Source: an uncultured Spirochaetales bacterium (GTDB lineage: Bacteria; UBP6; UBA1177; JAKLFG01). From it: 64,000 bases of DNA. Where the stretch lies: contig CAYQBN010000009.1 in NCBI GenBank assembly GCA_964415795.1, positions 55,988 to 119,987 on the forward strand. Reading direction: 5' to 3'. The notes under the pieces are model-generated. The model had not been told where the DNA came from. It made no database searches and was given only the letters and a program-made list of their open reading frames with translations. Positions 40,019 through 49,007 of the stretch are shown in pieces. Each line of letters opens with the position of its first letter. Position 1 is the first letter of the stretch. Position numbers and translations under genes: made by a program.

Positions 40019-42061
40019 TTAGTTTATCATCGCAGATGGTTGTACGACCGCTGTCATCCGCGCCTCTTCGGCAGAGATCATGTGGGGACACTCTTTGTGT
40101 TCTCCGGCGATATAGCCATGAACCGGACAAATGCTGAAAGTCGGCGATATAGTGAAATACGGTAAGCGATACCGGCTGGCGATCTTTCGCACGAGCCGCT
40201 TGCAGATCTCGCCGCTCTCTATCTTCTCACCTACGAAAAGGTGCACCACCGTCCCCCCAGTGTAAGAGGTCTGAAGCGCATCTTGATGTTCGAGCACCTC
40301 GAAAATGTCATCGGAAAAATCGACCGGCAACTGGCTCGAGTTGGTGTAGAAAGGCTCCTCCTTTCCTGAAGTGATGATGTCGCCGAACTCTTTTTTGTCT
40401 TTGAGCGCAAGACGATAGGAGGTTCCCTCAGCCGGCGTCGCCTCGAGGTTATAGAGGTGCCCTGTTTCCTTTTGCAGAGTGGCAAGCACCTCTCGCATGA
40501 ATTTGAGCGTCCGAAGCGCGAAATCACGCCCCTCCGGCGATTGGATACCGACATTGAGCAAGTTGAGCGCTGCTTCGTGCATCCCCACCAGACCGATCGT
40601 CGAAAAGTGATTGCTCCAGTACGATTTAGTGCGCGTATAGATATCGGAAAGGTAGTACTTGGAGAAAGGATACAGGTCGTCCGCCGTGTACTGTTCGAGC
40701 ATTTTGCGCTTTATCTCGAGCGAAAGACTTCCGATCCGCATGAGGTTCTCCACGCGGCGACGGAAATCCTCCTCGTCCTTCGCGAGGTAGGCTGCTCGCG
40801 GCAGATTTATCGTCACGACACCGATGGAACCAGTGAGCGGATTGGAACCAAAGAGCCCCCCACCGCGTTTGAGCAACTCACGGTTGTCGAGCCGAAGACG
40901 ACAACACATCGATCGGACATCGTCGGGCGACATATCGGAGTTCACGAAATTGGCGAAATAGGGAATGCCATATTTTGCCGTCATATCGAAGAGCATCTTG
41001 ACGACCGGCCGCTCCCAGTCGAAATCTTTCGTGATATTGTAGGTCGGTATCGGGAAGGTGAATATGCGCCCTTTCGCGTCGCCTTCGATCATCACCTCGA
41101 TGAAGGCGCGATTGAACATGTCCATCTCGCGTTCGAAGTCCTTGTAGCAGGCATCCATCAGCTTCCCGCCAATGATGACCGGCTCCTCGGCCGTTTGACC
41201 CGACGGTACGATATCCATGGTGATGTTGGTAAACGGGGTCTGGAAACCGACACGGGTCGGAATGTTCATATTGAAGAGGAATTCCTGCAGTATCTGCTTG
41301 ACCTGTTCGTAGGAGAGCCCGTCGTAACGGATGAACGGCGCGAGGTATGTATCGAAACTGGAAAAGGCCTGTGCACCGGCCGATTCGCCCTGCAAGGTAT
41401 AGAAGAAGTTCACGATCTGACCAAGAGCGGTCCGCAGGTGTTTGGCAGGACGCGACTCTATCTTGCCCGGCGCGCCGCGGAATCCGTCGAGAAGCAGTTT
41501 TTTGAGGTCCCAACCGCAACAATACACGGAGAGAAGGCCTAGGTCATGAATGTGGAAGTCGGCCCGTTCGTGCGCCTCCCGCACCTCTTGGGGATAGATC
41601 TTATGAAGCCAGTAATGTTTCGTAAAGGCGTTCGATATGTAGTTATTGAGACCCTGCAGAGAATAGGTCATGTTCGAATTCTCGTTAACCTCCCAGTCCT
41701 CTCGGGTAAGGTAGTTGTCGAGCAACTTGTTCGCCTCGTTGAAGACCTCCCGTGAACGGCGCAGTTCGGCCCGCTTCTGACGATAAAGGATATACGCCTT
41801 GGCCGTTTTTGCGTGGCCTTCCTCGATGAGGATTTTCTCGACGAGGTCCTGCACCGACTCGACCGAAGGGTAACCTCCATCTTTATAAAGGATCTCGAGA
41901 TAACCGACTACCTTGTCGGCTATCTTTTCGGAAAGGGCACGGTCATTCCCCCCGACCGATTGCACCGCCTTGAAGATGGCATCAGCGATCTTCTGCGGGT
42001 TAAATTCTACGAGCACATTGTTTCTTTTTTTGATGAAACGAATTGTGGAACGCGCTTGCAT
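40019..42061 (-). CDS. nrdD: Anaerobic ribonucleoside-triphosphate reductase (class III), ATP-cone + catalytic barrel; ends inside the C-terminal Zn-ribbon
   Basis: N-terminal ATP-cone 'VEFNPQKIADAIFKA' and a long glycyl-radical-enzyme barrel. It ends '...ICPVHGYIAGEHKECPHM(ISAEEARMTAVVQPSAMIN*)' before any RVxGY motif. Confidence 0.88.
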   Translation of the reverse strand: MQARSTIRFIKKRNNVLVEFNPQKIADAIFKAVQSVGGNDRALSEKIADKVVGYLEILYKDGGYPSVESVQDLVEKILIEEGHAKTAKAYILYRQKRAELRRSREVFNEANKLLDNYLTREDWEVNENSNMTYSLQGLNNYISNAFTKHYWLHKIYPQEVREAHERADFHIHDLGLLSVYCCGWDLKKLLLDGFRGAPGKIESRPAKHLRTALGQIVNFFYTLQGESAGAQAFSSFDTYLAPFIRYDGLSYEQVKQILQEFLFNMNIPTRVGFQTPFTNITMDIVPSGQTAEEPVIIGGKLMDACYKDFEREMDMFNRAFIEVMIEGDAKGRIFTFPIPTYNITKDFDWERPVVKMLFDMTAKYGIPYFANFVNSDMSPDDVRSMCCRLRLDNRELLKRGGGLFGSNPLTGSIGVVTINLPRAAYLAKDEEDFRRRVENLMRIGSLSLEIKRKMLEQYTADDLYPFSKYYLSDIYTRTKSYWSNHFSTIGLVGMHEAALNLLNVGIQSPEGRDFALRTLKFMREVLATLQKETGHLYNLEATPAEGTSYRLALKDKKEFGDIITSGKEEPFYTNSSQLPVDFSDDIFEVLEHQDALQTSYTGGTVVHLFVGEKIESGEICKRLVRKIASRYRLPYFTISPTFSICPVHGYIAGEHKECPHMISAEEARMTAVVQPSAMIN

Positions 42062-42108
42062 TGTCCTGTCCCCCGTGAGTCACCTATCGTTACTGCCGTT
42101 GATTCACA

Positions 42109-42136
42109 TTTGCACCACAACATCTTGTGGGGTGCA
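42109..42136. promoter_or_regulatory. 28-bp near-perfect palindrome upstream of nrdD (NrdR-box-like core aCACaAcATcTtGTGg)
   Basis: TTGCACCACAACATCTTGTGGGGTGCAA. It lies 48-75 nt upstream of the nrdD start codon in the divergent nrdD/cysS intergenic region. Confidence 0.35.
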
Positions 42137-42386
42137 AGAAGTATAGTACACTATCGCTAGGGAGAGTCAACTATTCCGCCAAAGTTTTTCGCAAACAAAA
42201 TCGTTTGGTTGGTTATTAGGAGCGACAGGCTCTCTTTTTTAGGCAAAACCCTTTTCCTTTTGAGTGGTTAAGATATTGGAGCCATATTATTTCAAGACAC
42301 AATTTTCACGAAAGAATATCGCGATTTGACAGGTTGGCGACAACGGCTATAATATTTTTTTTCAATAGCTTCATGAGGAGAAACGC

Positions 42387-43817
42387 ATGCTTCGCATCTA
42401 CAACACGCTCTCGGAAAAAAAGGAGGAATTGATACCACTCGTCGAGAATCGCATCGGCATCTATGCTTGCGGCATGACGGTCTATGACAAACCGCATATC
42501 GGTCACGCACGCAAGGAGATCGCGATAGACACCATCGTCCGTCACTTGAGGAACCGTGGTTACACTGTCACCTATGTGCGCAACTTCACCGATGTAGACG
42601 ACAAGATCATTCAGCGGGCAAACGAACGAGGGATCTCCTGCGAGGAGCTTTCCGTAGAAAACATCGTAGCGTTTTACCGCGCCGTCGACGCGCTCGGCTG
42701 TCTGCGCCCCGATGTCGAGCCAAAGGCGACCGAACACATCGCCGACATCATCGCGCTGGTCGAGAAACTCATCGCCAAGGGATTCGCCTATGCGACCGAC
42801 GATGGCTCGGTCTATTTCTCGGTAAGCAAGTTCCCCGGATACGGCAAACTCTCGAACCGTAACATCGAGGAGCTCGTCGCCGGCACCCGCTTCGAGCCGG
42901 AGCCGGGCAAGCGCGACCCGCTCGACTTCGCACTCTGGAAGGCGGCGAAGCCGGGCGAGCCGTGGTGGGATTCCCCTTGGGGGAAAGGGCGTCCCGGCTG
43001 GCACATCGAGTGTTCGGCGATGGGGATGCGTTACCTCGGCGAGAGTTTCGACATGCACGCCGGCGGCCGTGACCTCATCTTCCCGCACCACGAGAACGAG
43101 ATCGCTCAATCGGAGGCGGCGACCGGCAAGCCGTTCGTGAAATACTGGGTGCACAACGGCTTTCTCACGGTCGAGGGAGAGAAGATGTCCAAATCGCTCG
43201 GCAACTTCATAACGGTGGATGACCTTCTCGAACGTTACCACCCCGAAGCGGTACGCCTCTTCATGCTCTCGACGCATTACCGGACACCGATAGATTTTTC
43301 TTACGGTGGTCTCGACGAGGCAGAGCGACGGCTCGTTTACTTCGCCGAGACGCTCTCGGCGCTCGCTGTGGTGGCGGGAGAGAGCGCACCAGCGCCCACC
43401 GATCGAACACGCGCGTTCCTCACCGAGTTCGGCGAGGCGATGGACGACGACTTCAACACGCCGCGCGCCATCGCCGCGCTGATCGCCTTCGGAAAAGCGC
43501 TCAACGACGCGCTCGCGGCCAAGAAGACACGCCCCACCGCTGGGGAAGCGGCCGCCGCGATCGCCGCCATCCGCGAGGTCGGCGCGATACTCGGCATCCT
43601 GCACAGCGATCCGGCGCTTCTGCGCGAGGCGGTGCGGGAACAGCAACTGGCCCGCCATAACCTTTCGCGCGAGACCATCCTCACCCTCATCGCAGAGCGG
43701 AACGCTCACCGCGCCGCGAAGAACTACGTCGCCGCCGACGAGGTGCGCGCCAAACTCGACGCGCTGGGGATTACCGTGAAAGACACGCCTATCGGGACCG
43801 ACTGGGCATTCAAATAG
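42387..43817 (+). CDS. cysS: Cysteine--tRNA ligase
   Basis: 'HIGHAR' and 'KMSKSLGN' class I motifs. Confidence 0.95.
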   Translation: MLRIYNTLSEKKEELIPLVENRIGIYACGMTVYDKPHIGHARKEIAIDTIVRHLRNRGYTVTYVRNFTDVDDKIIQRANERGISCEELSVENIVAFYRAVDALGCLRPDVEPKATEHIADIIALVEKLIAKGFAYATDDGSVYFSVSKFPGYGKLSNRNIEELVAGTRFEPEPGKRDPLDFALWKAAKPGEPWWDSPWGKGRPGWHIECSAMGMRYLGESFDMHAGGRDLIFPHHENEIAQSEAATGKPFVKYWVHNGFLTVEGEKMSKSLGNFITVDDLLERYHPEAVRLFMLSTHYRTPIDFSYGGLDEAERRLVYFAETLSALAVVAGESAPAPTDRTRAFLTEFGEAMDDDFNTPRAIAALIAFGKALNDALAAKKTRPTAGEAAAAIAAIREVGAILGILHSDPALLREAVREQQLARHNLSRETILTLIAERNAHRAAKNYVAADEVRAKLDALGITVKDTPIGTDWAFK

Positions 43818-43837
43818 GACGTTCTCCGAAAGAACCT

Positions 43838-45970
43838 TCAATCCGTCTCAGAGATAAGACCATACCTTCGGGCGAACCAGTAGCCGGCAAGAAAGTCGAG
43901 ACCGGTGTCTCCGCCGGTGCCGATGCCTCCTACTATTCCTTTGTAGATGTTGTCCTTCCAATAGTAGTTCGAGGTGCCCATCTCGTAGAGCGGATAGGCG
44001 CGCAGACTCTGGGTACGGTCGGAGGTGGTCCAATCGTTCTTCCAAAAAAGTTCAGGCATCGGCGAAACGCAGAAGTCGGGACTCCAGCGGCGGTCAACCG
44101 GGTAGAGTCCGCGTTCGAGCGGCACCTCGTAGAGCCGTTCAATACCCGAGGCGATGTCGTCGGGCGACTGCGGAACACCGAGCGCGCCAACGATAAGTTG
44201 GAAGAGCCCCTGCCGTGCTGGTCGCATCGCATTGCCCTTTTCGTAGAGCGCCGCCTGCAGATCGCCAACGCGGGTGCCGTCACCGACCGCCTCGTAGGCC
44301 TCTCGGAGGATGAAGAACTCCCATACCCCGAGATGGTTCCCCGACCAGTCGCTGATACCGTATTCGTTTATCGGAACACCCCCTTGTTGGACATACTCCT
44401 CCACATAGCTCCAGATGCTCTGACTCTCGTTCTTGTAGACAGCTTCGGCAAGCGTCCCTTTGGTCATCATATAGAGGAGAAGGGATGTCGCGAGTTGGTT
44501 CATCCGAAGATCTTGGGCGATCGGACAATGATCGTGGAGTCGGGAAAGGACATTCAGCATCCGGTTCCTGAGATCCGGAGCTCGCGGATCGCTGTTGTCC
44601 TTGAGGACGGTCCAGCCCCAATAGGTCCCGATGATGATGCCTTTGAACATATCGTTGTTGCCGCCCTCTTTCCAATCGATGCCGGCATACGGGCCCACTC
44701 CCTCGTGGAACTCGGGATCGCCGTCGTCCACATGGAGCCGAACCGTTCGTGCGAAGGTCGTCTCGTCGGGAACTATCTCGACACACAAAAGGATTCCTTC
44801 GAGCGAGGTTACCATCCGCTCGAACGCCTCCGATGAGCCGTCGAGCAGATAGCGCCACGCCATCGTCGCCACATAGACACCGGTCCAAAGGAGGCTGTCG
44901 CCGTCCTGCTCGTAGCGCTGGAGCGCATCGTTCCAGTGCGACATCATGCCGAGCTCGTTTATCATCCTTTCCTGCACGAGATCGGAGAAGAAGGATGCCT
45001 TTTCGGCAAGGGTGTAGGCGAAGGCGCTGCGGCGCATCTCGGCTTCGGCGAGCGTCCAATCGTTCACCGGCCGCTGAATGACCCGCACCGTGTCAGGATT
45101 ATCGCGAAGAAAGTCACGGTCGGTCGGATCGACGACCATGTAGTGGACCATCTTCTTGAAGTCATCCCGCTCGAGGTAGGGTTGAACCGATGGCAAGGCA
45201 TGGAACGACGCATAGGTCTGATAGATCGTCGCCTTCTCGGCGGCGGAGGGCTCGGGATTGGCGGGTATCTCCACACGTTCGTTTTCCCAGAGCGGCGCCT
45301 CGCCCGCCGGCTCACGCCACGCCCAGCGCTCGGAGAATCCTCCCTCGGTCGCCGGGGACGCCGGCGTCACCGTCGTCTCATAGACGCCGCATCCCGGTGC
45401 TGAAAACAACGGGCCGGCAAGCCCGATGATCGGCATCTCCGGCGTCGGTCGCGCATTTCCGTTCACCTGCGCCACGAAACCGCCGGCATCGAGTTTGAAA
45501 TAGAGATAGAGCCCGCGGTAATCGCCGGCGATGGTTCCCGTCATCGCCTGTGCGATGCGGTAGCCGTTCCAGCGCACCGTCTCGTCGTAGCGTATCGTGC
45601 GGACGACCGACGCGACCCCGTAGCCGATCTCACGGATCTCACCGACACCGGTGTAGGCGCCAAGAGCATCTTCGCCGGTGATGTCGTAGATCCCCGAGAA
45701 GGTCGCCACACAGAGAGAGTCCTCGTCAACCGCTTCGTTCTCGTCGTCGGCAAGGATCATCTCTTCGTCGTCGGCGAGGCCATCCTCATCGTCCTCGTCC
45801 GGCGCTTCGTCTTGTTCAGAGAGAGCATCGTCTACCCCCGCCCCATCGCTTACGAGGCCATCATCCTTGGAATGGTCCTCATCGAGCGGCGACGATTTCC
45901 CTGAAGCGCACGAAACGACAAGGAGAAGCAAAAGAACAAGAGAAACAAAGGAAAGAAAAAGACGAAGCAT
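43838..45970 (-). CDS. Large secreted lipoprotein (about 710 aa) with acidic linker, unknown function
   Basis: 'MLRLFLSFVSLVLLLLLVVSCASG' lipobox, then a D/E-rich tract 'DEAPDEDDEDGLADDEEMILADDENEAVDED'. The start codon is uncertain; a GTG at 45982 is possible. Confidence 0.6.
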   Translation of the reverse strand: MLRLFLSFVSLVLLLLLVVSCASGKSSPLDEDHSKDDGLVSDGAGVDDALSEQDEAPDEDDEDGLADDEEMILADDENEAVDEDSLCVATFSGIYDITGEDALGAYTGVGEIREIGYGVASVVRTIRYDETVRWNGYRIAQAMTGTIAGDYRGLYLYFKLDAGGFVAQVNGNARPTPEMPIIGLAGPLFSAPGCGVYETTVTPASPATEGGFSERWAWREPAGEAPLWENERVEIPANPEPSAAEKATIYQTYASFHALPSVQPYLERDDFKKMVHYMVVDPTDRDFLRDNPDTVRVIQRPVNDWTLAEAEMRRSAFAYTLAEKASFFSDLVQERMINELGMMSHWNDALQRYEQDGDSLLWTGVYVATMAWRYLLDGSSEAFERMVTSLEGILLCVEIVPDETTFARTVRLHVDDGDPEFHEGVGPYAGIDWKEGGNNDMFKGIIIGTYWGWTVLKDNSDPRAPDLRNRMLNVLSRLHDHCPIAQDLRMNQLATSLLLYMMTKGTLAEAVYKNESQSIWSYVEEYVQQGGVPINEYGISDWSGNHLGVWEFFILREAYEAVGDGTRVGDLQAALYEKGNAMRPARQGLFQLIVGALGVPQSPDDIASGIERLYEVPLERGLYPVDRRWSPDFCVSPMPELFWKNDWTTSDRTQSLRAYPLYEMGTSNYYWKDNIYKGIVGGIGTGGDTGLDFLAGYWFARRYGLISETD

Positions 45971-45997
45971 CCCCCCGTCCACGGCCCCTTTTGTCCG

Positions 45998-47248
45998 TTA
46001 GACAAGCACCTCGGAGATGATATTCATCGCCCAGTCTATCTCTTCTTTCGTGATGACAAGCGGCGGCGCGAAGCGGATGATCCAATCGTGCGTCTCCTTT
46101 GCGAGCACGCCGCGCTCTTTGAGGGCGGTCGTGTACTTGCGCGCCTTTTCGCCCGCTTTGGAGAGGACATCTTTGTCCATCACGACGCCGATGAGGAGCC
46201 CTTTGCCGCGCACCTCCTTTATCTTCTTCGATCGCGACTGCAGTTCCTTGAGTTTTCCCATGAAGTAGGCGCCCATCTCGGCCGAGCGCTCCGCGAGCCG
46301 CTCCTTCTCGAGAACATCGATCGCCGCCATCGCTACGGCACACGCGAGCGGATTGCCGCCGAAGGTCGATCCGTGAGTCCCCGGCGTGAAGACGCCCATG
46401 ATGTCCTTGTTCGCCGCGACCGCCGAAACCGGTATCATGCCACCGCCGAGTGCCTTTCCCATGATGATGACATCGGGCTCGATACCGTCGTGCATGAAAC
46501 AGAACTTCTTGCCGGTGCGCCCGAATCCGGTCTGCACCTCGTCGGCGACGAGGAGCACCTTGTGTTTGGTGCAGATCTCGCGGAGCCGCTTCATATAACC
46601 GTCACGCGGCACCCGAACGCCCGCTTCCCCCTGAATCGGCTCTACGAGCACCGCAACGGTATTTTTGGTGATCGCCCGTTCGACCGCCTCGGGGTCGTCG
46701 AAGTCGACATGAACGAATCCCGGCGTGAAAGGACCATAGTTGGTGTAGGCATCGGGATCGGTCGAGAAACCGACGATAGTCGTCGTGCGACCGTGGAAGT
46801 TCTCGCGCATCACGATGATCTCGGCACGATCCTTCTCGACCTTCTTGACCTCATAGCCCCAGCGGCGCGAAAGTTTTATCGCCGTCTCGACCGCCTCGGC
46901 ACCGGTGTTCATCGGAAGCACCATATCCTTACCGGTGTACTCACAGAGTTTCTTGGCGAAGAGCGGCCACTTGTCGTTGAAGAAGGCACGGCTCGTGAGG
47001 GTGAGCACATCAGCCTGCTCCTTGAGCGCTTTCACTATTGCAGGATGACGGTGCCCCTGATTGACCGCCGAATAGGCCGAAAGACAGTCGAGGTACTTCT
47101 TTCCTTCAGGATCCCATACCCAGACACCTTCGGCACGGCAAATGACCACCTCGAGCGGATGGTAATTGTGCGCCCCGTAACGATGTTCCATCTCGATAAG
47201 TTCTTTGGAAGAGATCTTCTTCGTGTCGTTCATGCCACAGCATCCCAT
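45998..47248 (-). CDS. rocD: Ornithine aminotransferase (class III PLP aminotransferase)
   Basis: 'YGAHNYHPL' and 'LVADEVQTGFGRTGK' OAT signatures. AAGGAGG sits 5 nt before the ATG at 47248. Confidence 0.85.
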   Translation of the reverse strand: MGCCGMNDTKKISSKELIEMEHRYGAHNYHPLEVVICRAEGVWVWDPEGKKYLDCLSAYSAVNQGHRHPAIVKALKEQADVLTLTSRAFFNDKWPLFAKKLCEYTGKDMVLPMNTGAEAVETAIKLSRRWGYEVKKVEKDRAEIIVMRENFHGRTTTIVGFSTDPDAYTNYGPFTPGFVHVDFDDPEAVERAITKNTVAVLVEPIQGEAGVRVPRDGYMKRLREICTKHKVLLVADEVQTGFGRTGKKFCFMHDGIEPDVIIMGKALGGGMIPVSAVAANKDIMGVFTPGTHGSTFGGNPLACAVAMAAIDVLEKERLAERSAEMGAYFMGKLKELQSRSKKIKEVRGKGLLIGVVMDKDVLSKAGEKARKYTTALKERGVLAKETHDWIIRFAPPLVITKEEIDWAMNIISEVLV

Positions 47249-47348
47249 GGTTTCCTCCTTACCTCTGGTAAAATAGCAAAGCGCCAACGAAGGGCGATGA
47301 TAGAGCGTTATGCGGCTAAAGCAAGGATTTTCGGGAACGATATTCCGG

Positions 47349-47696
47349 TCAGATCTTCTTTATCAGCACCGCGGCGTAGCCCGGCTTGAGCGTTATCGTC
47401 ACGAAGTTTCGCCCGTCTTCCTCGACCTTGTAGGTCTTCTGCGGCGCGCCGCTCACATCCTTGAACTTGGTGCCGACCGGGCAGAGATCTTTGTCCACCG
47501 TCACCCGCGCCGTGGTCTCGGTCTTACCAAAGTTGAAGACGAAGACCGTCTCGTCGAGCCCCGCGATGTTCGAGAAGGCAAGAATGCCGCTGTCGGAGAG
47601 CACCTGCCAGAAACCGCCGTCCACCGAGACCTCGCGATAATACCGCGCCCCCTCCGCTTTAACCATTTCACTTAAAAAATCCATTTTCTTCACCAT
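47349..47696 (-). CDS. Small hypothetical protein resembling the C-terminal beta-domain (DUF3459-like) of GH13 glycosidases
   Basis: 115 aa containing 'GILAFSNIAGLDETVFVFNFGKTETTARV' and 'VTITLKPGYAAVLIKKI'. GGAGGAAGAC precedes the ATG. Confidence 0.4.
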   Translation of the reverse strand: MVKKMDFLSEMVKAEGARYYREVSVDGGFWQVLSDSGILAFSNIAGLDETVFVFNFGKTETTARVTVDKDLCPVGTKFKDVSGAPQKTYKVEEDGRNFVTITLKPGYAAVLIKKI

Positions 47697-47849
47697 GTCT
47701 TCCTCCCTTGACGATACAAAAAGTTCCTCATGTGAAACAGCAAACACGAGAGTTCTTTATACGGCAGTTGCGTGAGAAATCAACAAGAATACGATAAGTT
47801 TTCACTTTCATTGACAAAAATACGCAAGAAGAAAGATCTCTCATACTGA

Positions 47850-49007
47850 TCAAGATGCGTTGGACCGCCTTAGCCGGAGACGAACTGCAACAACGGCTCC
47901 TCCCAGATATAAAACAAAAAGAACGACAAGCCAGCAAAGATACGGAGCGATTGCCGGTATACCGCCACCTTTCACCGAGAGGATGCGCAAAGCAAGGAGT
48001 GCCGGAGTAGAAGGAAAAAGAGCTCCGACCGCGCGCACCACGGCCGGCATTTGTTCAAGCGGCCAAGTGAATCCCGAAACGAGATAAAGCGGTGTGGACA
48101 CGAACATGAGAAGTTGGAATGCAGCGAAACGATCGGGCATGAACAAGGCGATGGTAATGGCGATCGGAGCGAGAGAAAAACAAAAGGCGACAAAGAGCGC
48201 CACCATGGCTACAGGGTCACGGACTGGCCATCCAAAGAGCGGAAACACCACAAACACAAAAAACAGGATGGCGGCAAAATAGAAACCGACATGGGCAAAG
48301 AAACGTGCCTCAAGGTCGGTAAATGGGTAAGGAGGAATCCTTTTGAGGGGAGTTTTCTCGCGGCGCGCACCGACCGAGCAGGAAAGAGAAAGGAGAATGA
48401 CCTGTTGAATGATGATGAGGAAAATGCCGGTCACGAGAAAGCTTCCATACAGAAAAGCCGGCGCGAAGAGAACGCGCTCGTCTATCGTGATGGTGCTCGC
48501 CTTTTCGACAGCGAGTGGTCGCGGGATCTGCCGGGAAAGGAAGAATTCCGTTGAGATATCGGCATTAAGCGCTTCTATTGCTTCCGCGACGGCTGGATAG
48601 GAGATGCCGTAAGTAAGCATGTTTGCGCTGTTGACCCAAAGCTTGACGCTCGCTTGTTTGCCGCGTTTGATGTCTTTCGAGAACTCGGAAGGAATGAGCA
48701 CGAGAAGTTCCGCCTCAGTCCGTTTCATACGCGAGAAGCCCTCTTCCATCGTTTTCGGCCTATCCACGATGGCGAGTTCCTGCGTCGCATTCAAATAAGC
48801 GACGAGTCGTCGAGAAAAAGCCGAATTGTCAAGATCTATGAGAAGCAACGGACGTTCCACCGGTTGGTTGCGCTGGTAGAGAGCCGAGACGATATAAGAG
48901 TACATGAGCGGTATGATGACGAGTATCAGCAAGACCGTCGGCTCTCGGAACATGAAACGCCATTCGGAACAAATGGCGGCCCCCAAATAACGAAAACGCT
49001 GTTTCAT
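47850..49007 (-). CDS. ABC-2 type transporter permease (YhhJ-like)
   Basis: N-terminal TM, a large periplasmic loop and a C-terminal 5-TM ABC-2 domain. It overlaps the upstream paralog by 4 bp. Confidence 0.8.
   Translation of the reverse strand: MKQRFRYLGAAICSEWRFMFREPTVLLILVIIPLMYSYIVSALYQRNQPVERPLLLIDLDNSAFSRRLVAYLNATQELAIVDRPKTMEEGFSRMKRTEAELLVLIPSEFSKDIKRGKQASVKLWVNSANMLTYGISYPAVAEAIEALNADISTEFFLSRQIPRPLAVEKASTITIDERVLFAPAFLYGSFLVTGIFLIIIQQVILLSLSCSVGARREKTPLKRIPPYPFTDLEARFFAHVGFYFAAILFFVFVVFPLFGWPVRDPVAMVALFVAFCFSLAPIAITIALFMPDRFAAFQLLMFVSTPLYLVSGFTWPLEQMPAVVRAVGALFPSTPALLALRILSVKGGGIPAIAPYLCWLVVLFVLYLGGAVVAVRLRLRRSNAS

Noticed and set aside
40457-41542. 361-aa plus-strand ORF
   Set aside because: Antisense to nrdD.
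42306-43841. 511-aa minus-strand ORF
   Set aside because: It is fully antisense to cysS, which has canonical HIGH/KMSKS motifs.
46088-47389. 433-aa plus-strand ORF
   Set aside because: Antisense to ornithine aminotransferase.
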